In this document: positions 39,701 to 48,607 of the stretch, in pieces | Layout of the letters: each line of letters opens with the position of its first letter | Position numbering within the stretch: the first letter of the stretch is position 1 | Assembly (NCBI GenBank): GCA_965242925.1 | Contig: CBDEUM010000034.1 | Location: 32,001 to 96,000 of the forward strand | DNA: 64,000 nt | Source of the DNA: Roseibacillus sp. | GTDB lineage: Bacteria > Verrucomicrobiota > Verrucomicrobiia > Verrucomicrobiales > Akkermansiaceae | Direction of reading: 5' to 3' | The notes under the pieces: generated by a model | Told to the model about the DNA's origin: nothing | What the model saw: only the letters and a program-made list of their open reading frames with translations | Database searches by the model: none | Made by a program: the position numbers and the translations under genes

Positions 39701-41715
39701 ATCGAGAGGGTGGGGATCGAGAGCAAGGCGTCCTTGGTTTGCTCTACGCCGCCGATGGCGGGATTGGAATTGTTGACCACCCCCGAATTCATCCCGTATT
39801 GGTACACCTGCCCGTTGACCGAGCGGCCCGGCCACCCGGGCGGGGCGGACGATGTCTGCGTGATGATGTCGCTGACGAAGAGATAGGTCTGGGTGTCGAC
39901 ATTGGTGGGATCCAGGCCGGCCTTGAACGCCACGGCGCGCAAGGTTGTGGTCTTGCTGATAGGAATCGGGCTTATGTAAACCGAGCCGTTGGTGGAGGTT
40001 GGCGTCGAACCATCGGTGGTGTAGCGAATGGTGGCACCCGGCGTCGCGCTGGCGATCTCGACCTGGACAGGCGCATCGTAAAATCCGCGATCCGGATCAA
40101 ATTTGGTGTCCTCCACTTTGCCTTGGCTGGAGGGTTCCGAGTTGATGCCGTCGGGGGTTGGGTCGTCGAAATAGAACGGGTCTCCCTCCTGCAGGCCTCC
40201 ACCGAGCAACGTGGGCAGCAGCAGAAATGAATCGTCCGCGGAGGCGATGTTCATGCCATGGATGGCGAGGACGTTGTCCGGACCGCTGGCGAGCAGGTTG
40301 GTGTAGGCAGTGAGATTGAAGACCTCCGCCACGAAGGCATCGGCGCCAGTGCGCACGGCGGTGGCGCCTGCGCTCCAGGTGGGCGTGTCGGCGATTGCAT
40401 TTCCACTGGCGACCCGCGTGCCATTCAAGTAGGCGACGAACCCGTCGTTGTAGCGCATCGAAAGCGAGAGCGAGGTGAGTCCGTTGGGGTCGCTGACAGA
40501 AAATGGAATACGCAGGTAGAGGCTGGAGTTGACGTTCTTCATCTGTGGTTGGAGGTCGGTGGCAATCAGGCCGCCGCCAGCCGCGCCATCGGGTGTCGTG
40601 AAGACCGGAAGTCCGCCGTTGGCCGTGTCGCCGACCAGTTGGAAACCGGCGTTAAACGTGGTGAACGATCCCTTCGCGGCGAAGAGTTCCATTTCAGCGC
40701 CGCCGCCGCGCTCCCAGAACATCGCTTCGATGGTGTGCGCCCCGGCGCTGAGGTTGCGCGAGCCGAAGTGGTCAGCGGCACCGTGCAGGGTGGGGTCGAC
40801 CATCACATCCACTCCGTCGATGCGGATGCGCCCGCCGTCGTCGGAGTTAAGGCCGAACGTCCAGACTCCGGCAGTCGGGATGATGATGGTTCCCGTGACT
40901 TCAACCACAAAATCGTCGCCGCCACCTCCAGGGAAGACAAGATTGTTTCCAAAGTGGCCGTCACCCCCACTGTCAAGGAAGTTGCAGACGGGTTCCACTT
41001 TGATCGTCTCGCTGGCGACGTTGCTGCCGGCCAGGGCCGAGTCGGCGCTGCTGAGGCTGCTGAGGGTTCCGTTGGAGTGGACGTCGCGTACGGTCAGACC
41101 GGGGATCTGCAATCCGAAGCCGACGCCCGTGGCGCCACTGGACCATCCACGTGGAGCAAAGTCGCCCTGAGTCCAGGTCGTTCCCAGCGTCCCGTCGGAG
41201 GGCACCAGGAACTGTGAGATATCACCCTCGTCGACCAGCGGGGTGCCCTCGAATGCCAGTCCATAGGAGCGATCTGGATCCTGGTTGGGGAACTCGGGGG
41301 CGTATTGGTGCGCCACAGTGGTGCCATCTGGTTCCACAAGTGCGAGATACTCGCCTCCGGAGCTGAGCTGAAAGTTGGTGTGCAGTTCTGATCCCGGAAT
41401 TCGCCGATCTTTCCCGGAGGCGAACACGACGAGAAATCCTCCGGGCTGTAGGATCACTGGAGGAAACGGCCATTTGCTGAGATTTATAGCGTTGTCGGTC
41501 AGACACCATCCCGTCAGATCGATGGACGCCCCGTCGGGGTTGTGAACCTCGATCCAGTCCGAGAACTCGCCATCCTCATCATCAAGAGTGGTGTCGTTAT
41601 CCGCCATGAACTCTGTAATCAATGGTCCGGCTAGGACCACCGGAGCGACCGCAGATAACAGGGGCAGCAGAATCGGGGGGCTCTTTAGAAGAGAGAAGAG
41701 GCGGGTGGGCGACAT
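36745..41715 (-). CDS. Secreted lamin-tail / PA14 / CotH kinase multidomain protein with C-terminal module
   Basis: LITEFMADN; PA14 (TGTIIIPTAGVWTFGLNSDDGGRIRIDG); IRYTTDGSTPT; WEREASLE, RIRGGFSR, KHSFRLFFR, DRDG, HDSEH; DPDHDGLSNFMEYALG; FSTDLLTW...LFVRGQFLVVP. Confidence 0.9.
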   Translation of the reverse strand: MSPTRLFSLLKSPPILLPLLSAVAPVVLAGPLITEFMADNDTTLDDEDGEFSDWIEVHNPDGASIDLTGWCLTDNAINLSKWPFPPVILQPGGFLVVFASGKDRRIPGSELHTNFQLSSGGEYLALVEPDGTTVAHQYAPEFPNQDPDRSYGLAFEGTPLVDEGDISQFLVPSDGTLGTTWTQGDFAPRGWSSGATGVGFGLQIPGLTVRDVHSNGTLSSLSSADSALAGSNVASETIKVEPVCNFLDSGGDGHFGNNLVFPGGGGDDFVVEVTGTIIIPTAGVWTFGLNSDDGGRIRIDGVDVMVDPTLHGAADHFGSRNLSAGAHTIEAMFWERGGGAEMELFAAKGSFTTFNAGFQLVGDTANGGLPVFTTPDGAAGGGLIATDLQPQMKNVNSSLYLRIPFSVSDPNGLTSLSLSMRYNDGFVAYLNGTRVASGNAIADTPTWSAGATAVRTGADAFVAEVFNLTAYTNLLASGPDNVLAIHGMNIASADDSFLLLPTLLGGGLQEGDPFYFDDPTPDGINSEPSSQGKVEDTKFDPDRGFYDAPVQVEIASATPGATIRYTTDGSTPTSTNGSVYISPIPISKTTTLRAVAFKAGLDPTNVDTQTYLFVSDIITQTSSAPPGWPGRSVNGQVYQYGMNSGVVNNSNPAIGGVEQTKDALLSIPTLSIVLDQANLTSAGTGIYSNPNSSGYAWEREASLELIHPPGWVDPDGNPEGFQTGCGLRIRGGFSRRTQNPKHSFRLFFRREYGTGRLNYKLFGDEGADEFDKIDLRGPQNYSWAMGGTSQNSFIRDTWSRDLQGEMGHPYKRSRWYHLYLNGIYWGMCETDERAEANYGEIYFGGDQLDYDVVKSFGGVTDGNRSSYQRLWQKWQSGFSSNAAYFNIQGRNSDGTLNPAIEKLVDLENLIDYMIITYYTGDRDGPGSRYTQPRPNNYFGVYNRLTPDGYKFFEHDSEHSLGTGETNMVSPFTRSSSLNDFNPHTLHERLAGQNLEYRMAFADRVARYCYNDGLLTDAAGIARVNRRADYIDQAIFAHSARWGSTSRSHASWLNAVQGVRDFITGRVPTLIGQLRSVDWYPDLDPPGYSQHGGSIASTQQLLLEGSPGIIYYTVNGDDPRELGGAIAPGAEVFQGNTMTENLVSTGSIWKYLDNGSDQGTAWRNPEFNDNSWESGAAELGYGDGGEATTLSFGPNSSSKYATTYFRRSFNATNVDDYTKLTLGLRRDDGAVVYLNGNEVARSNMPGGTISYLTTSSNFVSGNDETRYFAIDFPPVDLVNGQNTLAVEIHQYSGTSSDISFDLQLDAVKTTTANPLFLTSVGANLVRSRVKNGSQWSALTEAAFVVDTDPAAAATLAITEIHYRPAPPSTAEMVAGFNESSDFEFIELLNIGPRHVDLAGLAFTSGIGFAFEESLLGGTLAPGARLVLANNPAAFEMRYGIRATFAGEFSGDLNNDGERLIITDSNGAIVLDLTYNDGDPWPASADGDGYSLVLINPVSQPDPNDPANWRTSASTDGNPGTSDMFSYSIWKIGNGITEDAADPDHDGLSNFMEYALGSNPLQHSPQSAPVARIRPLEIGGLVDNYLTIEINRRLGADDVITRPQFSTDLLTWLGGGGTLVPISVVNNNDGTESLTFRTANPVSAEAVLFVRGQFLVVP

Positions 41716-42115
41716 GGGAGTGGATCGGGATAGAGTTTTGGGGAAGGGAGAACCGCACACACGGCAGTCGATCGGAATCAGTAGTGATGTTCACTGACCC
41801 AATTCCTTGAATTGTCTTAGCTTCCTAGGGGAGTGCAATGAGTTTTGATCCGTGAATGCGTTCTGGCAATATCCGACGGGCGCCCGGTTGCATTTGCCCG
41901 TAATACCGCGATGGCCTATTTTTAGGTCGACCAAGGCAAATCCCCCGCGATTCGAATCTGCTACCCACTCCCAAGGGGGTTAGAACGCTAAAGAGCATGC
42001 TTAGACCGGGGGCTGGATTCACGGAAAACCCAGTTTGCCCTGCATACGGCTGCGGCAGGGTGATCGTCTTTCGCATCTCTCGACGACCGAACTGATCTTT
42101 GTTACATGAACTCTC

Positions 42116-45100
42116 ATGACGAGACACGAGCCCCTCCTGCCCCTTACTCTGCACTCCCTTCTCAGCGGTGGGGCGGGCAAGGGCAAGCCTGCGAGCGAAT
42201 CGGCGGCAATCCGCTCACGGCGAAGGGCAGGCGTTCTCGCCGGAGTGATGGTGGCGTGTCTTGTCCATGGCAGCGTAGCGGCGAACGATTGGCCAATGTG
42301 GCGTTACGATGCGGCCCGGGGTGCATCGACACCGCATGCACTGCCCGATTCGATGGAGTTGCTGTGGTCCCGGAGGCTGCCGCCGGCGCGACCCGCATGG
42401 CCCAAGACTCAGGTCAAGCTTCAGTTCGACGTCGTGCCGCAACCGGTTGTGATGGGAAAGCGGGTGTTCGTTCCCTCCACGGTGAACGACAGCGTGTCGG
42501 CGTATGATTCTGGAACCGGGGAACTCCTTTGGCGGTTCTTTGCGGACGCACCGGTGAGGTTCGCTCCGGTCGGCTATGAGGACCGGGTCTATTTTGTCTC
42601 GGATGACGGCCATCTCTATTGTGTCAGTGCCGATGCCGGGAGGCTTCATTGGAGGGTGAACGGCGGTCCGGCGAAGCGAAGAGCAATAGGAAATCACAGA
42701 ATGGTCTCAAGTTGGCCGGCACGAGGCGGTCCGGTTGTGAATAATGGGCGGGTGTATTTTTGCGCGAGCATCTGGTCGTTCATGGGGATATTTATCCACG
42801 CTGTAGACGCCTTGAGCGGAGAGATCATCTGGACCAACAGCGGTGACGGAATGAACTATACAGTGCAGCCGCACGGTGCCCCGTCGTTTGCCTCGGTGGT
42901 TCCGCAGGGTCACCTTGCGATAGCGGGGGATCACCTGGTGGTGCCGGGAGGGCGCTCGACGCCGGCGGTGTTCGACCTTGTGACCGGCAGGATGAAGCAC
43001 TTCGTTTTCGACAAGAAGAACGGGGGGCATCACGTGATGGCCGGGCGCGACCTCTACTTCATGGCGGGTGGGGCCTACAGCATGGAAACCGGGAAGCGAG
43101 TGGCGAACGAGAGTCCCAGGATGGGGGATGCCGACACGCTGGTGTTTCAAGACGGGAAATCGATTTACGGACGGAGCGCGGGCGTGCTGGCGGGCAAGAA
43201 GAAGGGGAAGAAGGGCGGGGACCTTGTCCGGGAAACTCAATTCGCTATCAGTCCCCTGGACGGACCTTCCAAGGCATTTATCAAGGCGGGGGATCGGGTG
43301 TATGCTGCAGGTGACGGCAAGATCGCAGCCTATGATGTGAGGGGCGCGAAGGGTGAGCAGAAGCCGGCATGGATGGCGGAGATTGAGGGGACGGTGCATC
43401 ACATGCTGGCTGCCGATGGGAAGCTCCTCGTGGTCACCTCGGAGGGGGGAATCGATTGTTTTGGTGCGCGCAGGACGGGTCAGTCGGCGGGGGAAGTTCA
43501 CGGCATTGACGAGGTCGAGAGACCGGAGAGTCCGGTCGGTGGGGATCGCTTTACCAGGTTGGTTGAGGGTGCAATGAAGGATCCGGAGTTCCGGAAGGGC
43601 TATGGGCTCGCCCTGGGTTACGCTTCCGGGCGCATGATTGAAGAGGTGCTCAACCAATCGGATCTTCATTTGGTCGTTCTCGACCGTTCGCCGGAGAAAG
43701 TCGACTTGGCCCGCCGTGGTTTCGACCGCAAGGGGACCTATGGCATCCGGCTGTCGGTGCATGTCGGCGATGTTGCGACGAACCGCCTGCCGCCTTATTT
43801 CGCCTCGTTGATCATCTGTGAGGATCTCACTGCCGCCGGGTTTGAGGCGGGGGGCCGGGAATTCGTCGGCAATCTGTTCCACTCTCTCCGTCCCTATGGA
43901 GGGATGGCGATGATCTTGAGTTCGCGCGAACAGCATGAGGCGATCGCTGGTATCGTTGCGAAATCTGAGGGGTTGAAGCAGGCGCGGCTGGATTGGAAGG
44001 ACGGCGTAACCCGGTTGGTTCGTGAAGGCGCCCTGCCGGAGACCGACGATTGGACACACCAGTATGCGAATCCTGGACAGACCGTGGTTTCGAAGGACAA
44101 ACTGGTGAAAGCGCCGCTGGGCCTGTTGTGGTTCGGCGGTCCCGATCACGAAGGAGTCCTGCCTCGGCACGGTCACGGGCCGTCGCCGCAGGTGGCGGGC
44201 GGTCGCTTGTTCATCGAGGGGGCGGACATGTTGCGCGCAGTGGATGTGTATACGGGCCGGATGATCTGGCAGCGGGAGTTGCGTGGATTCGGAAGCTACT
44301 ACAACAAGACGGCTCACTTCGCGGGTGCCGGCGAGATCGGAAGCAACTATGTTTCGTTGCCCGACCGGATCTATGCGATCTATGAAGGGAGAATCCTGGA
44401 ACTCGATGCGGCCACCGGAGCGACACTGAAATCATTCGTTCTTGATGAAGTGCGAAAAGAGGGGGAGCGTGCGCCGCACTGGGGCTACATCGGCGTGCAG
44501 GGCCAGTATCTCGTCGCCACATCGTCTCCGGTGAACGTGACGGTGGCCAAGGGAGAGGGAGCAAAGAAGGCCAAGCCCGCCGCGAAGAAGCGGATCGACA
44601 TCCTGGAGATACTCAGAGAGGCCAAGTATGCCTCCGGCAGTCGACGACTGGTCGTCTATGACCGGTATACAGGCAGATTGCTCTGGAAACGCGACGCGGC
44701 GCTCAATTTTCGCCATAACAACATCGCGGTGAGCGAGGACACAATCTTCTGCATTGATTCGATCACCGAGGGTAAGTTGAAGAAGGCGGGTGGGGTCAGA
44801 GTAACTCCCGATGCCAGTCCGACCCTCCTTGCCTTGGATTTGAAGACCGGGGTGGAGCGTTGGAAGATGAGCAAGGACGTGTTCGGGACGTTCCTCAACT
44901 ACTCTGCGGAACACGATATCCTGTTGCAGGCCGGCAGCAAATACCGTGACCGGGCCGGGGACGATATCGGCAAGGGAATGATGGCCTTGCGCGGCACGAC
45001 CGGTGAGGTCGTATGGCACAACAGCAAGTTGGAGTATGGCGGACCCTGCCTGCTTTGGCGGGACCGGATCATTACCAACGGTGCTGGCGGATTTGCGTTG

Positions 45101-45907
45101 GAGCTCCTTTCTGGAAAGCGGACCGGTTGGAGCTATCAGCGGATGTACGGATGCAACACCGCGATCGGCAGCGAACACCTCCTCACGTTCCGTTCCGGCG
45201 CAGCCGGCTTTTACGACATGGCAGAGGACGGTGGGACCGGCAATATCGGCGGATTCCGTTCGAGTTGCACCTCCAACCTGATCGTGGCCAACGGGGTGCT
45301 CAGTGCACCCGACTACACTCGCACCTGCTCTTGCGCCTATCAGAACCAGACATCACTGGCATTGATCCACATGCCGGATGCTGAGTTCTGGACCTTTGGA
45401 GCCAAACCGGCCACGGGACGGATAGGGATCAACTTCGGCGCACCCGGCGACCGTCGCGACCCGGAGGGGACCCTGTGGGCTGACTTTCCGAGCGTGGGTG
45501 GGCCTTCGAATGACGTGGGTATCTCGATCGAGCCGGCGACTGCCGGCGTTTTCCGTATTCATTCCGCCAGATTGCACGGTGATGAGCTGAAGTGGGTGGC
45601 GGCTTCCGGGTTGTCGGGCGTGGAGTCGATTTCCGTGCCGGTGAAGCGGGAGGGAACTTATCGGATCCGCCTCCTGTTCGCAGAGCCGAACGAGGATGCC
45701 AGTCCTGGGGATCGAGTGATGAAGGTCAGCGTCCAGGGAGAGATGGTAATGGAGAATCTCGATGTCGTCGCAGAGGCCGGCGGACCGTTGCGTGTGCTTG
45801 CCCGGGAATTCGATGCAGAGCCCTCTGATGGCCGGATCGTGATCGGCCTGGCGGCTCGCGCTTCGCGTCCGACACTGATCAGTGGAGTCGAGCTGTTGCG
45901 GCGATAG
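42116..45907 (+). CDS. PQQ-like propeller + methyltransferase-like + PQQ-like propeller/Cys motif + malectin-like domain protein
   Basis: DWPMWRYDAARG; SSWPARGGPV; GYGLALG...VLDRS...LRPYGG; YGCN...RSSCTSNLIVANG...TCSCAYQ; YRIRLLFAEP...RVMKVSVQG...NLDV (malectin). Start may lie further downstream. Confidence 0.88.
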   Translation: MTRHEPLLPLTLHSLLSGGAGKGKPASESAAIRSRRRAGVLAGVMVACLVHGSVAANDWPMWRYDAARGASTPHALPDSMELLWSRRLPPARPAWPKTQVKLQFDVVPQPVVMGKRVFVPSTVNDSVSAYDSGTGELLWRFFADAPVRFAPVGYEDRVYFVSDDGHLYCVSADAGRLHWRVNGGPAKRRAIGNHRMVSSWPARGGPVVNNGRVYFCASIWSFMGIFIHAVDALSGEIIWTNSGDGMNYTVQPHGAPSFASVVPQGHLAIAGDHLVVPGGRSTPAVFDLVTGRMKHFVFDKKNGGHHVMAGRDLYFMAGGAYSMETGKRVANESPRMGDADTLVFQDGKSIYGRSAGVLAGKKKGKKGGDLVRETQFAISPLDGPSKAFIKAGDRVYAAGDGKIAAYDVRGAKGEQKPAWMAEIEGTVHHMLAADGKLLVVTSEGGIDCFGARRTGQSAGEVHGIDEVERPESPVGGDRFTRLVEGAMKDPEFRKGYGLALGYASGRMIEEVLNQSDLHLVVLDRSPEKVDLARRGFDRKGTYGIRLSVHVGDVATNRLPPYFASLIICEDLTAAGFEAGGREFVGNLFHSLRPYGGMAMILSSREQHEAIAGIVAKSEGLKQARLDWKDGVTRLVREGALPETDDWTHQYANPGQTVVSKDKLVKAPLGLLWFGGPDHEGVLPRHGHGPSPQVAGGRLFIEGADMLRAVDVYTGRMIWQRELRGFGSYYNKTAHFAGAGEIGSNYVSLPDRIYAIYEGRILELDAATGATLKSFVLDEVRKEGERAPHWGYIGVQGQYLVATSSPVNVTVAKGEGAKKAKPAAKKRIDILEILREAKYASGSRRLVVYDRYTGRLLWKRDAALNFRHNNIAVSEDTIFCIDSITEGKLKKAGGVRVTPDASPTLLALDLKTGVERWKMSKDVFGTFLNYSAEHDILLQAGSKYRDRAGDDIGKGMMALRGTTGEVVWHNSKLEYGGPCLLWRDRIITNGAGGFALELLSGKRTGWSYQRMYGCNTAIGSEHLLTFRSGAAGFYDMAEDGGTGNIGGFRSSCTSNLIVANGVLSAPDYTRTCSCAYQNQTSLALIHMPDAEFWTFGAKPATGRIGINFGAPGDRRDPEGTLWADFPSVGGPSNDVGISIEPATAGVFRIHSARLHGDELKWVAASGLSGVESISVPVKREGTYRIRLLFAEPNEDASPGDRVMKVSVQGEMVMENLDVVAEAGGPLRVLAREFDAEPSDGRIVIGLAARASRPTLISGVELLRR

Positions 45908-46104
45908 ACCCCGGGATGAGGGGAGACCGCATCCCTTTCGATTCGCGGCAGGGAAGGGCGGCTCTATTCACGAGTTTCCGGGTTCATGCATCACGGTGCA
46001 GGAGAAGGAGTGAGGGTTGGGGAGAATTCGCTCCGAAGGGGTAGAGCGTGGCCTTGTCGGCAGGAACCAGATCCAGTCAGATCCTGGCAATCGTCTTCCG
46101 GGGC

Positions 46105-46145
46105 ACCCGTCTCTCTCCCCCTTCATGGCCCTCCATCAAGGCCGC
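46105..46145. repeat. 41-bp imperfect direct repeat, left copy
   Basis: acccgtctctctcccccttcatggccctccatcaaggccgc; 35/41 identical to 47385-47425. Confidence 0.8.
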
Positions 46146-46217
46146 CGGAGAAGGGAAAATCCTAGCTATTAGGCTCCGTCCCGTGATCCTGTGCTTCTTG
46201 GAAAGAACTGCCCATCC

Positions 46218-47267
46218 ATGATTAAACACGCCGCCATCATCGAGGAACTCAGGCGCCTCACCCGCGAAACGCTGACTCACGATGGATCCAGGGGCATTCT
46301 CGCGGGGATTGTCGATGAGCTTGTTGGGATCCTCGAGAACGCTGCCGATTTCCAGATCGATCGGCAGTTGGACGTTACCGAAGGAGAGACCTCTTGCAGC
46401 GAAGGGTTGGCCATCTCGCCGACGCAGGCGGCGATGTGTGCCGGGGAATTCCAGCGCACCACCACTTTCCTGCGCGGGATGCATGACGCCCTTGTGGAGG
46501 CCGTCGAGGCGAAGGCGCCGGATCCTGTTCGCGTGCTGTATGCGGGCTCGGGGCCCTATGCGACGCTTGCCGTTCCCCTGATGGCGATTTTCCCCCCCGA
46601 GAAGGTCCGCTTCACGGTGCTCGACGTGCATGCAGTGTCGATCGCGTCTGTGAAGTCGGTGGTATCCCGACTCGGCCTCGACAGGAGCGTGGAGTCGTAT
46701 GTAGTTGCGGATGCCTGCAAGTATAACATCCCCGACGACGCGATCCCGGATATCCTCCTTTGCGAAACCATGAGCACGGCTCTGGAGCGCGAGCCACAGG
46801 TCGCCATTATGCGCCATCTTCTCAGCCAGGCACCGGACGCCGTCATTGTTCCCGAATCCGTGCGGGTGGACGCCTTTCTCGTCGATACCTCGAAGGAGCC
46901 TGGCCATATTGTGCCTGAGAGCGGGGATCCGTCGGGGAAGTGGCAACCGGATCGGATTCCGGTGGGTTCTGTTTTCGAATTGAACGCGTCAACGATCCGT
47001 TCCTGGGAGTCCCTTTCGGAGGACCGTCTGCCAGCCGCCATAATCCACTTGCCGCACCCTCCGGAGCCGAGTTACCGGCCTTTTCTCTTCACGACGATCG
47101 TTACCCACGGAGGGCACGTCTTGCTGACCCACGATTGCAATCTCACAGGTATTCGCGAGATCACGGAGATCGACAACGTGGTCGGGGCTTGCGCCGTGCA
47201 GTTTCATTACCGACTGGGCGCCGCGCCGCGCCTTGTCGCCGAAGCTGTGGACCAGTTGCTGGGCTGA
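46218..47267 (+). CDS. Cytoplasmic class I SAM-dependent methyltransferase-like protein (PRMT5-like layout)
   Basis: VLYAGSGPYA motif I, acidic VLDVH, ADA, PDILLCETM...EPQ...VIVP; no signal peptide. Confidence 0.75.
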   Translation: MIKHAAIIEELRRLTRETLTHDGSRGILAGIVDELVGILENAADFQIDRQLDVTEGETSCSEGLAISPTQAAMCAGEFQRTTTFLRGMHDALVEAVEAKAPDPVRVLYAGSGPYATLAVPLMAIFPPEKVRFTVLDVHAVSIASVKSVVSRLGLDRSVESYVVADACKYNIPDDAIPDILLCETMSTALEREPQVAIMRHLLSQAPDAVIVPESVRVDAFLVDTSKEPGHIVPESGDPSGKWQPDRIPVGSVFELNASTIRSWESLSEDRLPAAIIHLPHPPEPSYRPFLFTTIVTHGGHVLLTHDCNLTGIREITEIDNVVGACAVQFHYRLGAAPRLVAEAVDQLLG

Positions 47268-47384
47268 TCTGTGTGACGTTTTCCGGCGGTCTGCTCGCCA
47301 AGCCAGGGGGCTTCTCATTGCGGGATTTCGTTGCAACGAGAAAGGACTGTTTCTGCCTCTGATGGAGCCTTCTCCTCCGGGTTA

Positions 47385-47425
47385 ACCCGTCTCTTTCCCC
47401 ACTCGTGGGGCTCCATCAAGGCCGC
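47385..47425. repeat. 41-bp imperfect direct repeat, right copy
   Basis: acccgtctctttccccactcgtggggctccatcaaggccgc; shares an exact 15-bp end ctccatcaaggccgc with the left copy. Confidence 0.8.
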
Positions 47426-47460
47426 TATGACTTCTCCGGTCCCGGTGGCTACGCGGCAGC

Positions 47461-48430
47461 TTACCTGCCAGCCTCCCTGAGAAGTTGGGCACAAACGGGA
47501 CGTCCGGCTTCAATCTCGTCGTAGTCCAGTTTGATGCCTAACGGGGTGCACACCAATGCGCTAATAAGATCCACGATTCCCTTGGCGGCTTCCCAGGGCA
47601 GTTCCGCTAAATCAAGGGCCGTGGAGCCGACATTGCTCCTGATCTCAAGGTCCGCTCCCTCCGCCAGGAGAATCTTTACCGTTTCCGTTTGCCCTAAAAA
47701 GGCCGCAGACATCAGGGCCGTATTGCCGTCCTTGTTCTTCAGGTCAAGCTTCGCTCCTCCTTCGATCAGGGCCTTAGCCGCATCGGCACGCCCGAAGATG
47801 ATCGACAGCATGAGAGGGGTGTTCCTGTCCTTGTCACGCTGATTCAGATCGATCCCGTCTTCGATATATTCTTCAAGGGCCTTGAGATCTCCCCTTATAA
47901 GGGCCTCAACGACAGGGACATCCAGTTCCTTTTCCTTCCCGGGATTCCTCGGCAGCGACCGTAGTAATGGGGGCGGCCTCCTCGACCTTGAGGATGGTGA
48001 GGACTGTTTCCTCTTCCTCCTTCGTAATGGTGAATTTGTCCCCGCCAACCGGTTCGACGGTCGAAAACTCAAGCTCATCTCCCCCTCCGTCATCGCCGGT
48101 AAGAGTGATAATCAGGCCGCTGACCTCGTAGGTTCCCTGGTCGCCCGGTTTGCCCGGTGTCGTGGCCACGCCCCCAACCATGGAGCCTGCCTGATATGTT
48201 CCATCGGGATTGAACTGCACGAAAGGATTCTCGGCCTCCGGTCCGACATCCAAATCGATATAGACCCGCTTGGCCTTGATATAATCCGCGAGCGTTATCT
48301 GGTCCTGAGTCGGAGCCGGAACCTTTGCCGCTGGTTTGACTGGGCCCCTCTCAACCTCTGGGGTCGCTTCCTCCTTCCTGTCGCAGCCCAACAGGCCGAC
48401 CACGATTGTTAATATGACCAGTCGATTCAT
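47461..48430 (-). pseudogene. Ankyrin-repeat lipoprotein split by one frameshift near 47925-47950 (pseudogene or sequencing indel)
   Basis: 5' frame MNRLVILTIVVGLLG-C (lipobox) stops at 47906; the overlapping frame continues ELDVPVVEALIRGD...NTPLMLS...GNTALMSAAFLGQTETVKILL...GSTALDLA (ankyrin) with no good start of its own. Confidence 0.7.
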
Positions 48431-48607
48431 GGTAAGATCTCTTATCGTATGAGGCCTCGTTTTCAAGGCGAAAACTCTCTCACAAGCACTATCCGGGACC
48501 CTGCCTGCTGCAGGGGAAGGATCACCCCCACCATCCCCTGCCCAAACCCCTGCGATAGCGCTGAGCTTGCCTCACCCGGCCAACTTGGTAGAACGACGGC
48601 CCTCCAT

